Assembly (NCBI GenBank): GCA_016186435.1
Contig: JACPLQ010000001.1
Span: 1 to 59,212 of the forward strand
Direction of reading: 5' to 3'
From: Candidatus Nomurabacteria bacterium
GTDB lineage: Bacteria; Patescibacteriota; Minisyncoccia; Phycocordibacterales; UBA9973
DNA: 59,212 nt
Shown here: one piece after another, positions 51,344 to 59,212 of the stretch
Layout: every line of letters begins with the position of its first letter
Numbering within the stretch: the stretch's first letter is position 1
Position numbers and translations under genes: made by a program
The notes under the pieces: model-generated
The model's database searches: none
The model's input: only the letters and a program-made list of their open reading frames with translations
What the model was told of the DNA's origin: nothing

Positions 51344-52774
51344 ATGGTCAAGACAAAAGCTAAAAAATCCAGGAAATCAAAAAAGAACAACGCGAACTGG
51401 AAAAAATTTTGGAGACTCGGCCTGGATGAATTCAACACTCAGAATTTTGACGTGAATCCGAACGGAGATCTCGTGGTCAAGGAAGGCTACTACCAATACA
51501 ACATTATGGACATTGTTCGGAAATATGGCACATCCACCGAAGTTTTTTTCCCATATATACTGGAGCACCGCGTTCGTGATCTCATGGAATTTTTCAACGC
51601 GTATATAAAAATTTTAAACTACAAGGGTAAATTCTTTTACCACTACGTAATGAAGTCAAACCAGAACCGCGATTTTGTCCTGGCGGCTTTGTCTGAAGGC
51701 GCGAATATTGAAGTTTCTTCTGCCAACGAATTGTTTTTAGTGAAGAGAATGCTGGAGCAGGAAAAATTTAATCGCAAACTCCGAGTTACCTGCAACGGCC
51801 CAAAGACCGACCAGTACATAAGCCTCATAGAAGAACTCCGCGGCAAGGGGCTGATAGTCATACCTATTATTGAAAATGCCGAAGAATTAGACAGGCTTAA
51901 AAAATTTAAAGGAGAAGTAGGTGTGCGCGTGAATCTGGATGTGAAAATAGATTCGCATTGGGATAAAAAGTATAATCATTTTGGATTTGACGAGACGGAG
52001 CTCATGAAAATTGGGAAAATCCGCAACTTATCAATGCTCCATTATCACATATCCACGCAAAACGAAAAAATCGAAGGCTTTATCAAGCCGCTTAAGCGCG
52101 CTTTTCCACTGTATGCCAAGTTAAAAGAAAACAATCCCGGACTGGATACTATAAATTTTGGCGGCGGTATGGCAGTACCTTACGAAAAAAGAAAAAAAAT
52201 GATCTCGGTGAAGAACTTAGTGAATCAGATGATTAAAACTGCCAAAAAAGAGAGCGAAAGGCTCGGGATCAAGCATCCGAATCTAGTGTGCGAATGGGGC
52301 AGCTATTTTACGGCCCCTTCGCAAATCTCAATATTTAAAGTTCTGGAAGAAAAAAATATTGCAAAAAAAGCAGACACAAAATGGTATTTTATTGACGGAA
52401 GCTTCATTTGTAATCTGACGGACACATGGTCTGTCGTCCGTCGCAAGTGGCACTTTACGTCCGCTAATTATTTAAATACTAAGCGTCTACAAAAAGTCTG
52501 GCTTGCAGGATCTACCTGCGATGCGGACGACAGGTATACTGCTTCCGGTAACTACGTACTCCTGCCAAAGTTGACTGAAGACATGTCCGACCTATATGTG
52601 GTCGCGTACGATACAGGAAGCTATCAATACACTCTATCAAACAATCATTGCCTCTTGTCCAAACCTGCTATGGTCGTGTGCCAGAACGGAGAAGTAAAGC
52701 TGGCGCGCAAAAGGCAAAGCGCGGACGATCTCGGCAAGATATTCGGCTGGAACGGGGACCCTAAAAAATTATGA
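51344..52774 (+). CDS. Orn/Lys/Arg/DAP decarboxylase family (fold III PLP), SpeA-like
   Basis: YVMKSNQ, HYHI, NFGGGM, CEWG and GSTCDAD. ATG 51344 preferred. Confidence 0.82.
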   Translation: MVKTKAKKSRKSKKNNANWKKFWRLGLDEFNTQNFDVNPNGDLVVKEGYYQYNIMDIVRKYGTSTEVFFPYILEHRVRDLMEFFNAYIKILNYKGKFFYHYVMKSNQNRDFVLAALSEGANIEVSSANELFLVKRMLEQEKFNRKLRVTCNGPKTDQYISLIEELRGKGLIVIPIIENAEELDRLKKFKGEVGVRVNLDVKIDSHWDKKYNHFGFDETELMKIGKIRNLSMLHYHISTQNEKIEGFIKPLKRAFPLYAKLKENNPGLDTINFGGGMAVPYEKRKKMISVKNLVNQMIKTAKKESERLGIKHPNLVCEWGSYFTAPSQISIFKVLEEKNIAKKADTKWYFIDGSFICNLTDTWSVVRRKWHFTSANYLNTKRLQKVWLAGSTCDADDRYTASGNYVLLPKLTEDMSDLYVVAYDTGSYQYTLSNNHCLLSKPAMVVCQNGEVKLARKRQSADDLGKIFGWNGDPKKL

Positions 52775-53217
52775 AGAAATACTTAATTATTGCGTTACTT
52801 TGCTTGGCAGTAATTTTAGCATTATTACAGGCTGATAAAAAAAGCGCCGTGGAAATAGCGGGGAAGATGTTGCTAGTGGATGTCGCAAGAACAGACGCAG
52901 AAAAAAGCAAAGGGTTGTCCGGCAAAGATAAACTAAACGAGAACGAAGGCATGCTGTTTGTATTTGAAGAGGCCGGCAGATATCCGTTCTGGATGAAGGA
53001 TATGAAGTTCCCGATAGATATAATTTGGCTCATGCCGGCAGAAAGTGGGGATAATTCTCTTCTCACAGCAGTTTATATAGAAAGAAATGCGAAGCCTGAA
53101 TCTTATCCTAACACGTTTAATCCGAAAGTTGATTCAAAATACGTTCTTGAAGTTGTGTCAGGCTTGTCTGAAAAGAATAATTTAAAAATTGGCGATACTA
53201 TTTTTGTTGAGTATTAA
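52771..53217 (+). CDS. DUF192 domain protein
   Basis: GMLFVF, FWMKDMKFPIDIIW and YVLEV. Confidence 0.9.
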   Translation: MKKYLIIALLCLAVILALLQADKKSAVEIAGKMLLVDVARTDAEKSKGLSGKDKLNENEGMLFVFEEAGRYPFWMKDMKFPIDIIWLMPAESGDNSLLTAVYIERNAKPESYPNTFNPKVDSKYVLEVVSGLSEKNNLKIGDTIFVEY

Positions 53218-53218
53218 T

Positions 53219-53260
53219 AACGAAAATCCCCCGCCTGAAGCAGGGGATTTTCGTTTTTTT
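53219..53260. terminator. Terminator between convergent DUF192 gene and rnpB
   Basis: AACGAAAATCCCC...GGGGATTTTCGTT followed by a T-run. Confidence 0.7.
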
Positions 53261-53598
53261 GCAGGCGCTTGTAAGCCGAATTCTGTTTTATGATAGCAAT
53301 TTGTCTAGGTCTAAAATTACTCTTAGACTCATGCGATTCTCCCCCTCACCAATTTAGAAAATTGGTGAGGGGGCACGATCTTGCACACGCGTAAGGATTT
53401 TGCCGTTTCACTCCCACTAAAGGGATTCGTCACTGTTCGCACCTCGTGGATTGCTCCAGGCGGGGGTTACCCGCTACGTTTAACCCCTCCCCAATTTGTA
53501 AAAATTGGGGAGGCACTGTGTGTTCGGACTTTCCTCCCTTCGACTTCGCTCAGGGCAAGCCCCAAACGAAACCAAAAAGTAGCTATCCGGCGCCTGCA
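53260..53598 (-). ncRNA. rnpB: RNase P RNA
   Basis: Minus strand has GAGGAAAGTCCG and ACAGAATTCGGCTTA; P1 helix TGCAGGCGC/GCGCCTGCA. Confidence 0.95.
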
Positions 53599-53792
53599 TC
53601 TGTATTATAGCATAAAACCTAAAAACCTGCCTGCCGGCAGGTAGGCTTGCATTATTTTTTATAATATGCTATACTTCCGGCGTGAGTGTGAGGTAAAACT
53701 CACTCTATACATATAACAATATATGTGCCGCAAAGGACGCCTTCGGGCGTTTTTTGTTTGTGCATAGGGGAGATAGGGTATATAATATAGGC

Positions 53793-53996
53793 ATGAACGA
53801 AAAATTTAATCCAGAAGCTTCGGCTTTTGACCCCGCTCATGTAGCGGAAATTATTAAAGTGCGAGAGGAAGCTTTGGCTCGGGGGGAAGATCCCGAGAAA
53901 GCAGTTAGGGAGTTTAACGAAAAGGTAATCCATGGGGATTTTAAGGCCGGGAAAGTTCAAGAATCAGACGGAGAAGGAAAAGAAAAAATAGGGTAA
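53793..53996 (+). CDS. Small acidic hypothetical protein
   Basis: TATAAT 6 nt before ATG; terminator hairpin at 54002-54028. Confidence 0.6.
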   Translation: MNEKFNPEASAFDPAHVAEIIKVREEALARGEDPEKAVREFNEKVIHGDFKAGKVQESDGEGKEKIG

Positions 53997-54143
53997 AGCA
54001 AAAAAACCCCGCTTAAAGCGGGGTTTTTAGTGCCAGCAGTTATCCACAAGCTGTTTTGAAATAGTTTGTTGTATAATTATATTAAGTAATAAGGTTTTTA
54101 TATTAATTATTAACCCAGTTAGCATAATTTGTAATATAAATAT

Positions 54144-55589
54144 ATGGACAACAACCACGCGCGTTCTGTGCCCCTCAAGAATTTTTTAGAAATCCCGTAC
54201 GACACTCTGGAGGAGATGAATCTGAAAGCCAAGGACCGCGCGGAAAAGCTAACTCCCGCAATGCTGGAAAAAGAATATCGTGCGTATCTCCTAAAAGAAA
54301 AACGCATCAAGGCCGTCACTCTTTGCTTTACCGATATCGAGGGGCGGTTTCATATGCTGGACTATGACAAGAAATTTTTTCTCCATTCCGCGGACAATCT
54401 CACTTTTGACGGTTCTTCCATCCGCGGCTTTACAGAGCAGCACGAGTCCGACTTGCGCATCGCGGCGGACTGGGCGAGCATCCGCTTCCTACCGTCCGAC
54501 GTGTTTGGGCCCGGCAAGGTGGTTATGTTCGTAGATGTTTTTGGCAGGGACCGCAAGCCTTACGTCTCGGATTTCCGGGCCCAGCTCAAGCTCCACGCGG
54601 AAGCTCTTCGGAAAAAAAGCGGCATTACCGCCTTCGCCGCGGCGGAGGTAGAGGGTTTTTTGGTGGACGGCGTCAACTCCGAGCAGGAGTATGATAAAAA
54701 AGGCTTTAACCTTATTTCCACCGGCGGCTATTACCATTCTCTGCCGCTGGATCGCCTGCGCCAATTTATCGACCGCGCCGCGGAGGCAGAGCGCGCCATG
54801 GGTTTCAAGAACGAAAAGGACCATCCGGAAGTCGCGCCTTCGCAGTTTGAGATGAATTTTTCTTACGCCGATATTGTGCGCGCCGCCGACAATATACAAT
54901 TGTACAAGCTGGTCTGCCGGCAGGTGGCCAACAACTTGGGTATGACCGCGACTTTCCTGCCCAAACCGGTGGTGGGGATTAACGGCTCCGGCATGCACAC
55001 CAATTTTTCTCTTGCCAAAAACGGCAAAAATATTTTTTACAGCAAGAATGGCCAGGAGGGCCTGTCGAATATAGCATGGGATTTCATCTCCCGCATTTTG
55101 AATCATGCGCCGGAAACATGCTTGGCGTTCAACTCGAGCGTCAATGCCTATCGGCGCCTGGACCCGCATTTTGAAGCGCCCAACCAGATAAAAGTTTCGC
55201 CCATAGACCGCGGGGCGATGATTCGCATACCGGTAGGCAACGAGAAAACCACCCGCATTGAAGTGCGCTCCGTGGCGCCGGATGCCAATCCCTACCTCGT
55301 GCTCTACACCATCCTTCGGACCGGGCTCGAAGGCAAACTTTTGGTTAAGGACAAGGATAAGCGAGACCGTGTGCGAACACTGCCGGATAATATAGGCGAC
55401 GCCATAAAACTATTCAAGTCGAGCGATTTCGTGGGGAAAATCTTGGGCGCTGAAAACCAGAACAAGTATGCGGAGTTCAAGCAAATGGCCGCGGACCGGA
55501 GCCCTAAAGAGCTGGGTAAAATCATAAAACCTTCGGAAATAGTTTATCACCACGAAGTTACCAACCAGGTGCTTTGGTATAATTTCTAG
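54144..55589 (+). CDS. glnA: Glutamine synthetase type I
   Basis: FDGSSI, HPEVAPSQFE, KP..GINGSGMH, NAYRRL and RIEVR. Confidence 0.93.
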   Translation: MDNNHARSVPLKNFLEIPYDTLEEMNLKAKDRAEKLTPAMLEKEYRAYLLKEKRIKAVTLCFTDIEGRFHMLDYDKKFFLHSADNLTFDGSSIRGFTEQHESDLRIAADWASIRFLPSDVFGPGKVVMFVDVFGRDRKPYVSDFRAQLKLHAEALRKKSGITAFAAAEVEGFLVDGVNSEQEYDKKGFNLISTGGYYHSLPLDRLRQFIDRAAEAERAMGFKNEKDHPEVAPSQFEMNFSYADIVRAADNIQLYKLVCRQVANNLGMTATFLPKPVVGINGSGMHTNFSLAKNGKNIFYSKNGQEGLSNIAWDFISRILNHAPETCLAFNSSVNAYRRLDPHFEAPNQIKVSPIDRGAMIRIPVGNEKTTRIEVRSVAPDANPYLVLYTILRTGLEGKLLVKDKDKRDRVRTLPDNIGDAIKLFKSSDFVGKILGAENQNKYAEFKQMAADRSPKELGKIIKPSEIVYHHEVTNQVLWYNF

Positions 55590-55624
55590 TGCGCCTAGCG
55601 TAGTGCGTTTATTAAACCATATCC

Positions 55625-55702
55625 GAACCTATTTTCAAAACAAATAAAGCGGACGAATTTTTGCGAAACAATGCGGACTTTTCTTTTGGGAATGGGGAAT
55701 TT
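55625..55702. repeat. Left inverted repeat of the Trp module (internally deleted copy)
   Basis: 55625-55669 is the reverse complement of 58846-58890 (44/45). 55673-55702 is the reverse complement of about 58720-58749. Confidence 0.88.
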
Positions 55703-55754
55703 TAAACCTAAAATTTTATTGCAATAAGACTAAAATAATTCTATTATAGAGAAT

Positions 55755-56051
55755 ATGAAACATGTGGGTAATAAAATTTTAGAATACAAAAAAGAGTTGG
55801 TGGAAACTTTTGCTAAAATTTTCGGAGATAAAAAGTTGATGGCCGAATTTTTGACAGACATTCTAACGCCGACAGAATTTGAGGCTCTAGCTTTAAGGTG
55901 GCAGATAGTTAAAAAACTTAAGAAAGGAGAAACCCATAGATCCATAGCGGAGGATTTGGGTCTTGGTATAAGCACAGTAACTCGAGGTTCTCGTGAACTT
56001 CGTAATAAAAATGGTGGTTTCCATTTAATGTTAAAGAAAATCGGTAAATAG
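55755..56051 (+). CDS. trpR: Trp repressor family protein
   Basis: ILTPTEFEALALRWQIV...HRSIAEDLGLGISTVTRGS, matching the TrpR/YerC pattern. Confidence 0.88.
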   Translation: MKHVGNKILEYKKELVETFAKIFGDKKLMAEFLTDILTPTEFEALALRWQIVKKLKKGETHRSIAEDLGLGISTVTRGSRELRNKNGGFHLMLKKIGK

Positions 56052-56081
56052 ATAGTTAAAAAGTTATTCACAGTGCTACTC

Positions 56082-56135
56082 TTGCATTATATTTTGTATC
56101 TGCTACTATGTACTAGTACACGAATACAAGAGTAT
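56082..56135 (+). promoter_or_regulatory. Promoter with overlapping TrpR operator-like site
   Basis: TTGCAT-N16-TACTAT with extended TG; GTACTAGTAC at 56110; AGTAC/AATAC/AGTAT half-sites at 8-bp spacing (56115, 56123, 56131). Confidence 0.72.
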
Positions 56136-56153
56136 TTATGTATTGGATACTAT

Positions 56154-56234
56154 ATGAAAAATAATCTAAAAATGAATGTTTCAATGAAATCTTGGTGGAG
56201 CGCAAACACATATGTTTTTGCGTCTATCTTTTGA
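56154..56234 (+). CDS. Trp leader peptide (TrpL-like)
   Basis: MKNNLKMNVSMKSWWSANTYVFASIF; tandem TGG TGG at 56193-56198. Confidence 0.82.
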   Translation: MKNNLKMNVSMKSWWSANTYVFASIF

Positions 56235-56303
56235 TTTCTCTTTACTGTCTAAACTAAAAAAGGAATCCAAAAATCGGCGCAAGAGCGTCGATTTTTGTTC
56301 TTT
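56200..56303 (+). terminator. Transcription attenuator (pause, antiterminator and terminator helices)
   Basis: 1:2 GCGCAAA/TTTGCGT; 2:3 GCGTC..TTTTGATTTC with GGAATCCAAAA..GGCGC; 3:4 AAAAATCGGCGC-AAGA-GCGTCGATTTTT plus T-rich tail. Confidence 0.82.
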
Positions 56304-56352
56304 GTCATAAACAGTTATTTAACAAAACCCAGTCCTTAGGAGAGACTACAAA

Positions 56353-57636
56353 ATGAAAAATGAAGTAACCGTTAGTGCCCTTAACAGGGCACTTGAAATC
56401 CGAGACTACTGCAACAAGTTGCAGCTCGGATACGATCGGGCACCTGATTGTCATTTCTATGTCGGACCCGATTCGTTCAGACTCAGCGACAATCAGCTTG
56501 ATATTTTTGTCAATCAAGGCGAGCTGTTTCGTACATGGTTCGAGATTACACTCGAATTGTGTACTCGGGCTTACCGAGACGATAGCATGAGTTGGCTTGC
56601 TGATTTGATTGAGGGTGAATCCCCAGATCATGTCAGACAAGTTCACAGACAAGTCCATCTCTCGGGACTCCTCAACATTCCATTATTCGCTCGACCTGAT
56701 ATGTCGGCGATCGGTGCGAGTGTCGAGGTTCAAACACCTGGATCCGGATGGGGTTATCAGACCGCTATTCACAACATGGTCGGTAAATCCCGTTGGACAG
56801 GACCAATCAATGGACTCAAGCAAGCTGTAAAGGCTATGACTGGATCACACAGTACGCCATCGGCGTATGTGCTCTACAACGATCCGTTTTTCCCTGAAGT
56901 CGAGTATTTTTGTCGGCTTTGTGGAGAAGCAGGGATGCAACTTCAAATGCACTTCAAAACATTGCCGTCAGCCTCTGAGGTTAAGTTTGTTCGGCGGCCA
57001 CCTCTCGAAGACCTGCTGTCATACGAAGGTGGCTCGGAACTGGTTCAGTCTTGGTTAGACGGACAGTTGGTACTTGAACCCGGACCTAGTCTGCTGTTCG
57101 ATCAAAAGTTGGCGATTCTGTTTCCGTTTCATCCGCGTCTCAGGGAATTTTATCCTGACTCTGTCAGGCAACTTTTCCCCGAGACTTACTTGGTGGCAAG
57201 AGATAGTCGGCTAGTGTTTAACGGTAAGCCACTGAGTTTGGATGAACTGTCTAGTCTCTCGGGTTCAAAGAGACAGTTTATCCTAAAGTATGCAGGTGCT
57301 AAAAAAGGTCTGCGTGCTGGTGGCAAAGCGGTGTACAACCTTTCTGACTGCAATCATCAGAAGGTTCGGGAACTGCTCGTGATGGCTCTCGAGGACTGGG
57401 AAAAACATCGGTCGCCGTGGCTGATTCAGAAACGGGTACAGCAAAAATACCCAATCGTTTTTCTGGATCATGTTGCGGAGGAGATTCGAGAGGCGCAGTA
57501 CTATGCGCTTTTCCGACCGATGTACAGCTTTCTGCCAGACGAACCATCAGCGATCGTAGCTATGACAGCTCTCTTTCGGAAAGACTGGAAAGTGCATGGC
57601 TCAAGTGATGCCGTCACGCTGCCAGTTGAAGTTTAG
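56353..57636 (+). CDS. ATP-grasp-like ligase (glutathionylspermidine synthase / circularly permuted ATP-grasp-like)
   Basis: RPD...EVQ..GSG, FDQK, FPET, ILKY...GGKAV and WLIQKRV resemble GSP-synthase-type ATP-grasp motifs; AGGAG RBS. The family call is by eye. Confidence 0.68.
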   Translation: MKNEVTVSALNRALEIRDYCNKLQLGYDRAPDCHFYVGPDSFRLSDNQLDIFVNQGELFRTWFEITLELCTRAYRDDSMSWLADLIEGESPDHVRQVHRQVHLSGLLNIPLFARPDMSAIGASVEVQTPGSGWGYQTAIHNMVGKSRWTGPINGLKQAVKAMTGSHSTPSAYVLYNDPFFPEVEYFCRLCGEAGMQLQMHFKTLPSASEVKFVRRPPLEDLLSYEGGSELVQSWLDGQLVLEPGPSLLFDQKLAILFPFHPRLREFYPDSVRQLFPETYLVARDSRLVFNGKPLSLDELSSLSGSKRQFILKYAGAKKGLRAGGKAVYNLSDCNHQKVRELLVMALEDWEKHRSPWLIQKRVQQKYPIVFLDHVAEEIREAQYYALFRPMYSFLPDEPSAIVAMTALFRKDWKVHGSSDAVTLPVEV

Positions 57637-57642
57637 TTCTTT

Positions 57643-57717
57643 GCGGGAGTAGCTTAATTCTAAAGCTAGGAGACTCCAAATCTTCTGATGAAGGTTAAAG
57701 TCCTTCCTCCCGTGCCA
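57643..57717 (+). tRNA. Atypical tRNA-Trp(CCA)
   Basis: Acceptor GCGGGAG/CTCCCGT; G73; encoded CCA; anticodon arm GGAGA-CTCCAAA-TCTTC. D-loop lacks GG; T-loop is TTAAAGT. Confidence 0.85.
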
Positions 57718-57725
57718 AGTTGTTC

Positions 57726-57762
57726 AATGAGCATGTAGACTAGTTCTGCGTGCTCATTTTTT
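57726..57762 (+). terminator. Intrinsic terminator after tRNA-Trp
   Basis: AATGAGCATGTAGA/TCTGCGTGCTCATT stem with T-run. Confidence 0.72.
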
Positions 57763-57813
57763 CTTCCTCACCTCGATTCGTGTTATATTATAAATAATAA
57801 TTGTAAAAAATTT

Positions 57814-58704
57814 ATGAAAGTAAAACAAATTAAAATTGATAAGAAAAATAAAATACCAGTTTATTTATTCGGCACAGAACCTAAGATTTTACTAATGGCG
57901 GGAGTTCATGGAGATGAAAAAACTGGTGTGGTAATTTTGAAAAAAATAATTAAGCAATTACAAAATAGTAAAAAATCCTACCCTGTCGCAATTATTCCTT
58001 GTGTGAATATGAGAGCATATAGAGATAGCTCAAGAATCAATCCGAAAGATAAAATTGACTTCAATCGTATTTTCCCTGTAATTAAAATTAAAAGTGAGTC
58101 TTACCAGATAGGCAAAGCAATTCAAGATTTTGCGGAAAAATTTACAATGGTCATTGATATTCATGTCTTCACAGGACAACACACATTAATGTGCGGAGTT
58201 GATTTAAATATATCTAAAGGTAAGATACAAAAAAATATTAAAGATATAATGTCACAAATAGGCATGGAAGCTATATGCAGAATCGATCATGCTAGCGAAC
58301 CAAAAAAAGACGGTTCTCTTTGTGCTTACTTGCAGCATAAAAAAGTATTGGCATTCGGCATAGAATTGCCACCCTCTGAAGTATTAACTAAAAATAATTT
58401 CGATACGATAAAAAATAATTTAATTGACTTAATAAAAGGTTTTCAAAAAAGAACCAAGATGCAAAAATTAAAATCATATATCAGACTCCCTGTTCTCAGT
58501 GAATATACTGGATTTTTTTCACCGAATAAAATTCCCGGACTTGAAGTTAAAAAGTACGATACTATCGGAAATATAACAGAAAAAAATCAACAAAAGCACA
58601 ATATAAACTCTCCGTTTAATGGCAGACTTATTTCGGTGAGTTATAAAAAATCTGTGAAAAATGGTGATAAACTATTTGTAATAGGAAAAAAGGTAAAAGG
58701 TTAA
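57814..58704 (+). CDS. M14 family succinylglutamate desuccinylase/aspartoacylase-like hydrolase
   Basis: AGVHGDE, DFNRIFP, IDIH and GIE; C-terminal biotinyl-like beta domain. Confidence 0.88.
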   Translation: MKVKQIKIDKKNKIPVYLFGTEPKILLMAGVHGDEKTGVVILKKIIKQLQNSKKSYPVAIIPCVNMRAYRDSSRINPKDKIDFNRIFPVIKIKSESYQIGKAIQDFAEKFTMVIDIHVFTGQHTLMCGVDLNISKGKIQKNIKDIMSQIGMEAICRIDHASEPKKDGSLCAYLQHKKVLAFGIELPPSEVLTKNNFDTIKNNLIDLIKGFQKRTKMQKLKSYIRLPVLSEYTGFFSPNKIPGLEVKKYDTIGNITEKNQQKHNINSPFNGRLISVSYKKSVKNGDKLFVIGKKVKG

Positions 58705-58719
58705 ACTATTATTTTTAAT

Positions 58720-58890
58720 AAATTCCCCATTCCCAAAAGAAAGGTCCGCGCGGATTCCCTCCCAGACCCTGCCTCCGCGCGGGGAATCCGCATTCCCGCC
58801 AAAACAAATTAGCCGAGTTTTTGCGAATCCTTTTCCCAGAAAATAGTTTCGCAAAAACTCGTCCGCTTTATTTGTTTTGAAAATAGGTTC
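58720..58890. repeat. Right inverted repeat of the Trp module (longer, internally structured copy)
   Basis: See 55625-55702. Confidence 0.88.
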
Positions 58891-58953
58891 TAACTTGGTA
58901 CAATAAAGACACAAAGTTAAGAAATCTCAAGCAGATGAGATTTCTTAACTTTG

Positions 58954-59024
58954 TGGACTCACCGGGAATCGGACCCGGGACTCGTCATTGCGAACGACGC
59001 GTAATGCCACTTTACTATGAGCCC
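58954..59024 (-). tRNA. tRNA-Ala(CGC)
   Basis: GGGCTCA/TGAGTCC with G3:U70; anticodon arm CGTCG-TTCGCAA-TGACG; T-loop TCCGATT. Confidence 0.92.
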
Positions 59025-59171
59025 CTCACATGCGCGCATGTGAGGGGCTATGAGCCCGCCACATGGCAACAGTTAGTATATTTTATTTTAAGGAGAAAGG
59101 CAAAACAAAAAACGGCCAGATTTTAGTTGCAATGTAGTTAAAATAATATAGAATATCTGAGTTCAACACTC

Positions 59172-59212
59172 GGGCCCGTAGCTTAGTTGGTAGAGCGCCT
59201 CATTTGCAATGA
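59172..59212 (+). tRNA. tRNA-Ala(TGC), truncated by the window edge
   Basis: GGGCCCG-TA-GCTTAGTTGGTAGAGC-G-CCTCA-TTTGCAA-TGA. Confidence 0.88.

Noticed and set aside
53381..53644. 87-aa ORF; also 43431-43712 and 58935-59126
   Set aside because: They overlap rnpB or tRNA genes on the opposite strand.
54040..54050. DnaA boxes / oriC (also near 2527, 28395, 56064)
   Set aside because: Isolated single boxes with no cluster and no dnaA/dnaN nearby.

Overview
59 kb chromosomal segment of a bacterium that is very probably CPR/Patescibacteria (Parcubacteria-like). The evidence is a monomeric PheRS, a PaaX/Cas2-like regulator, TATAAT elements just upstream of start codons, and short palindromic repeats inserted in core genes. 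The backbone is housekeeping: pheS, gyrB, thrS, rpmF, nusB, rnc, smc, rnr, rpsP, khpA, trmD, rpoB, rpoC, dnaG, rpoD, tsf, rpsB, proS, mreB, mreC, tgt, glnA, rnpB and five tRNAs. Three accessory features stand out. (1) A complete diversity-generating retroelement: target 6583-7200, VR 7060-7173, TR 7542-7655, avd on the opposite strand, RT 8064-9107. All 13 VR/TR mismatches fall at TR adenines. Together with a MazF-type TA pair it lies between two homologous copies of the 5' end of a UvrD-like helicase gene. (2) A tryptophan-sensing module I do not recognise: TrpR, an operator-like site and a Trp-Trp leader peptide with a classical attenuator. These control not trp biosynthesis genes but an ATP-grasp-like enzyme and an atypical tRNA-Trp(CCA). 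An M14 peptidase follows, and inverted repeats bracket the whole unit. (3) Several families of short palindromic elements inserted in frame in essential proteins and in RNase P RNA. There is also an open frame of at least 818 codons (minus strand, 1-2455) that the ORF track missed. All alignments and counts were done by eye.
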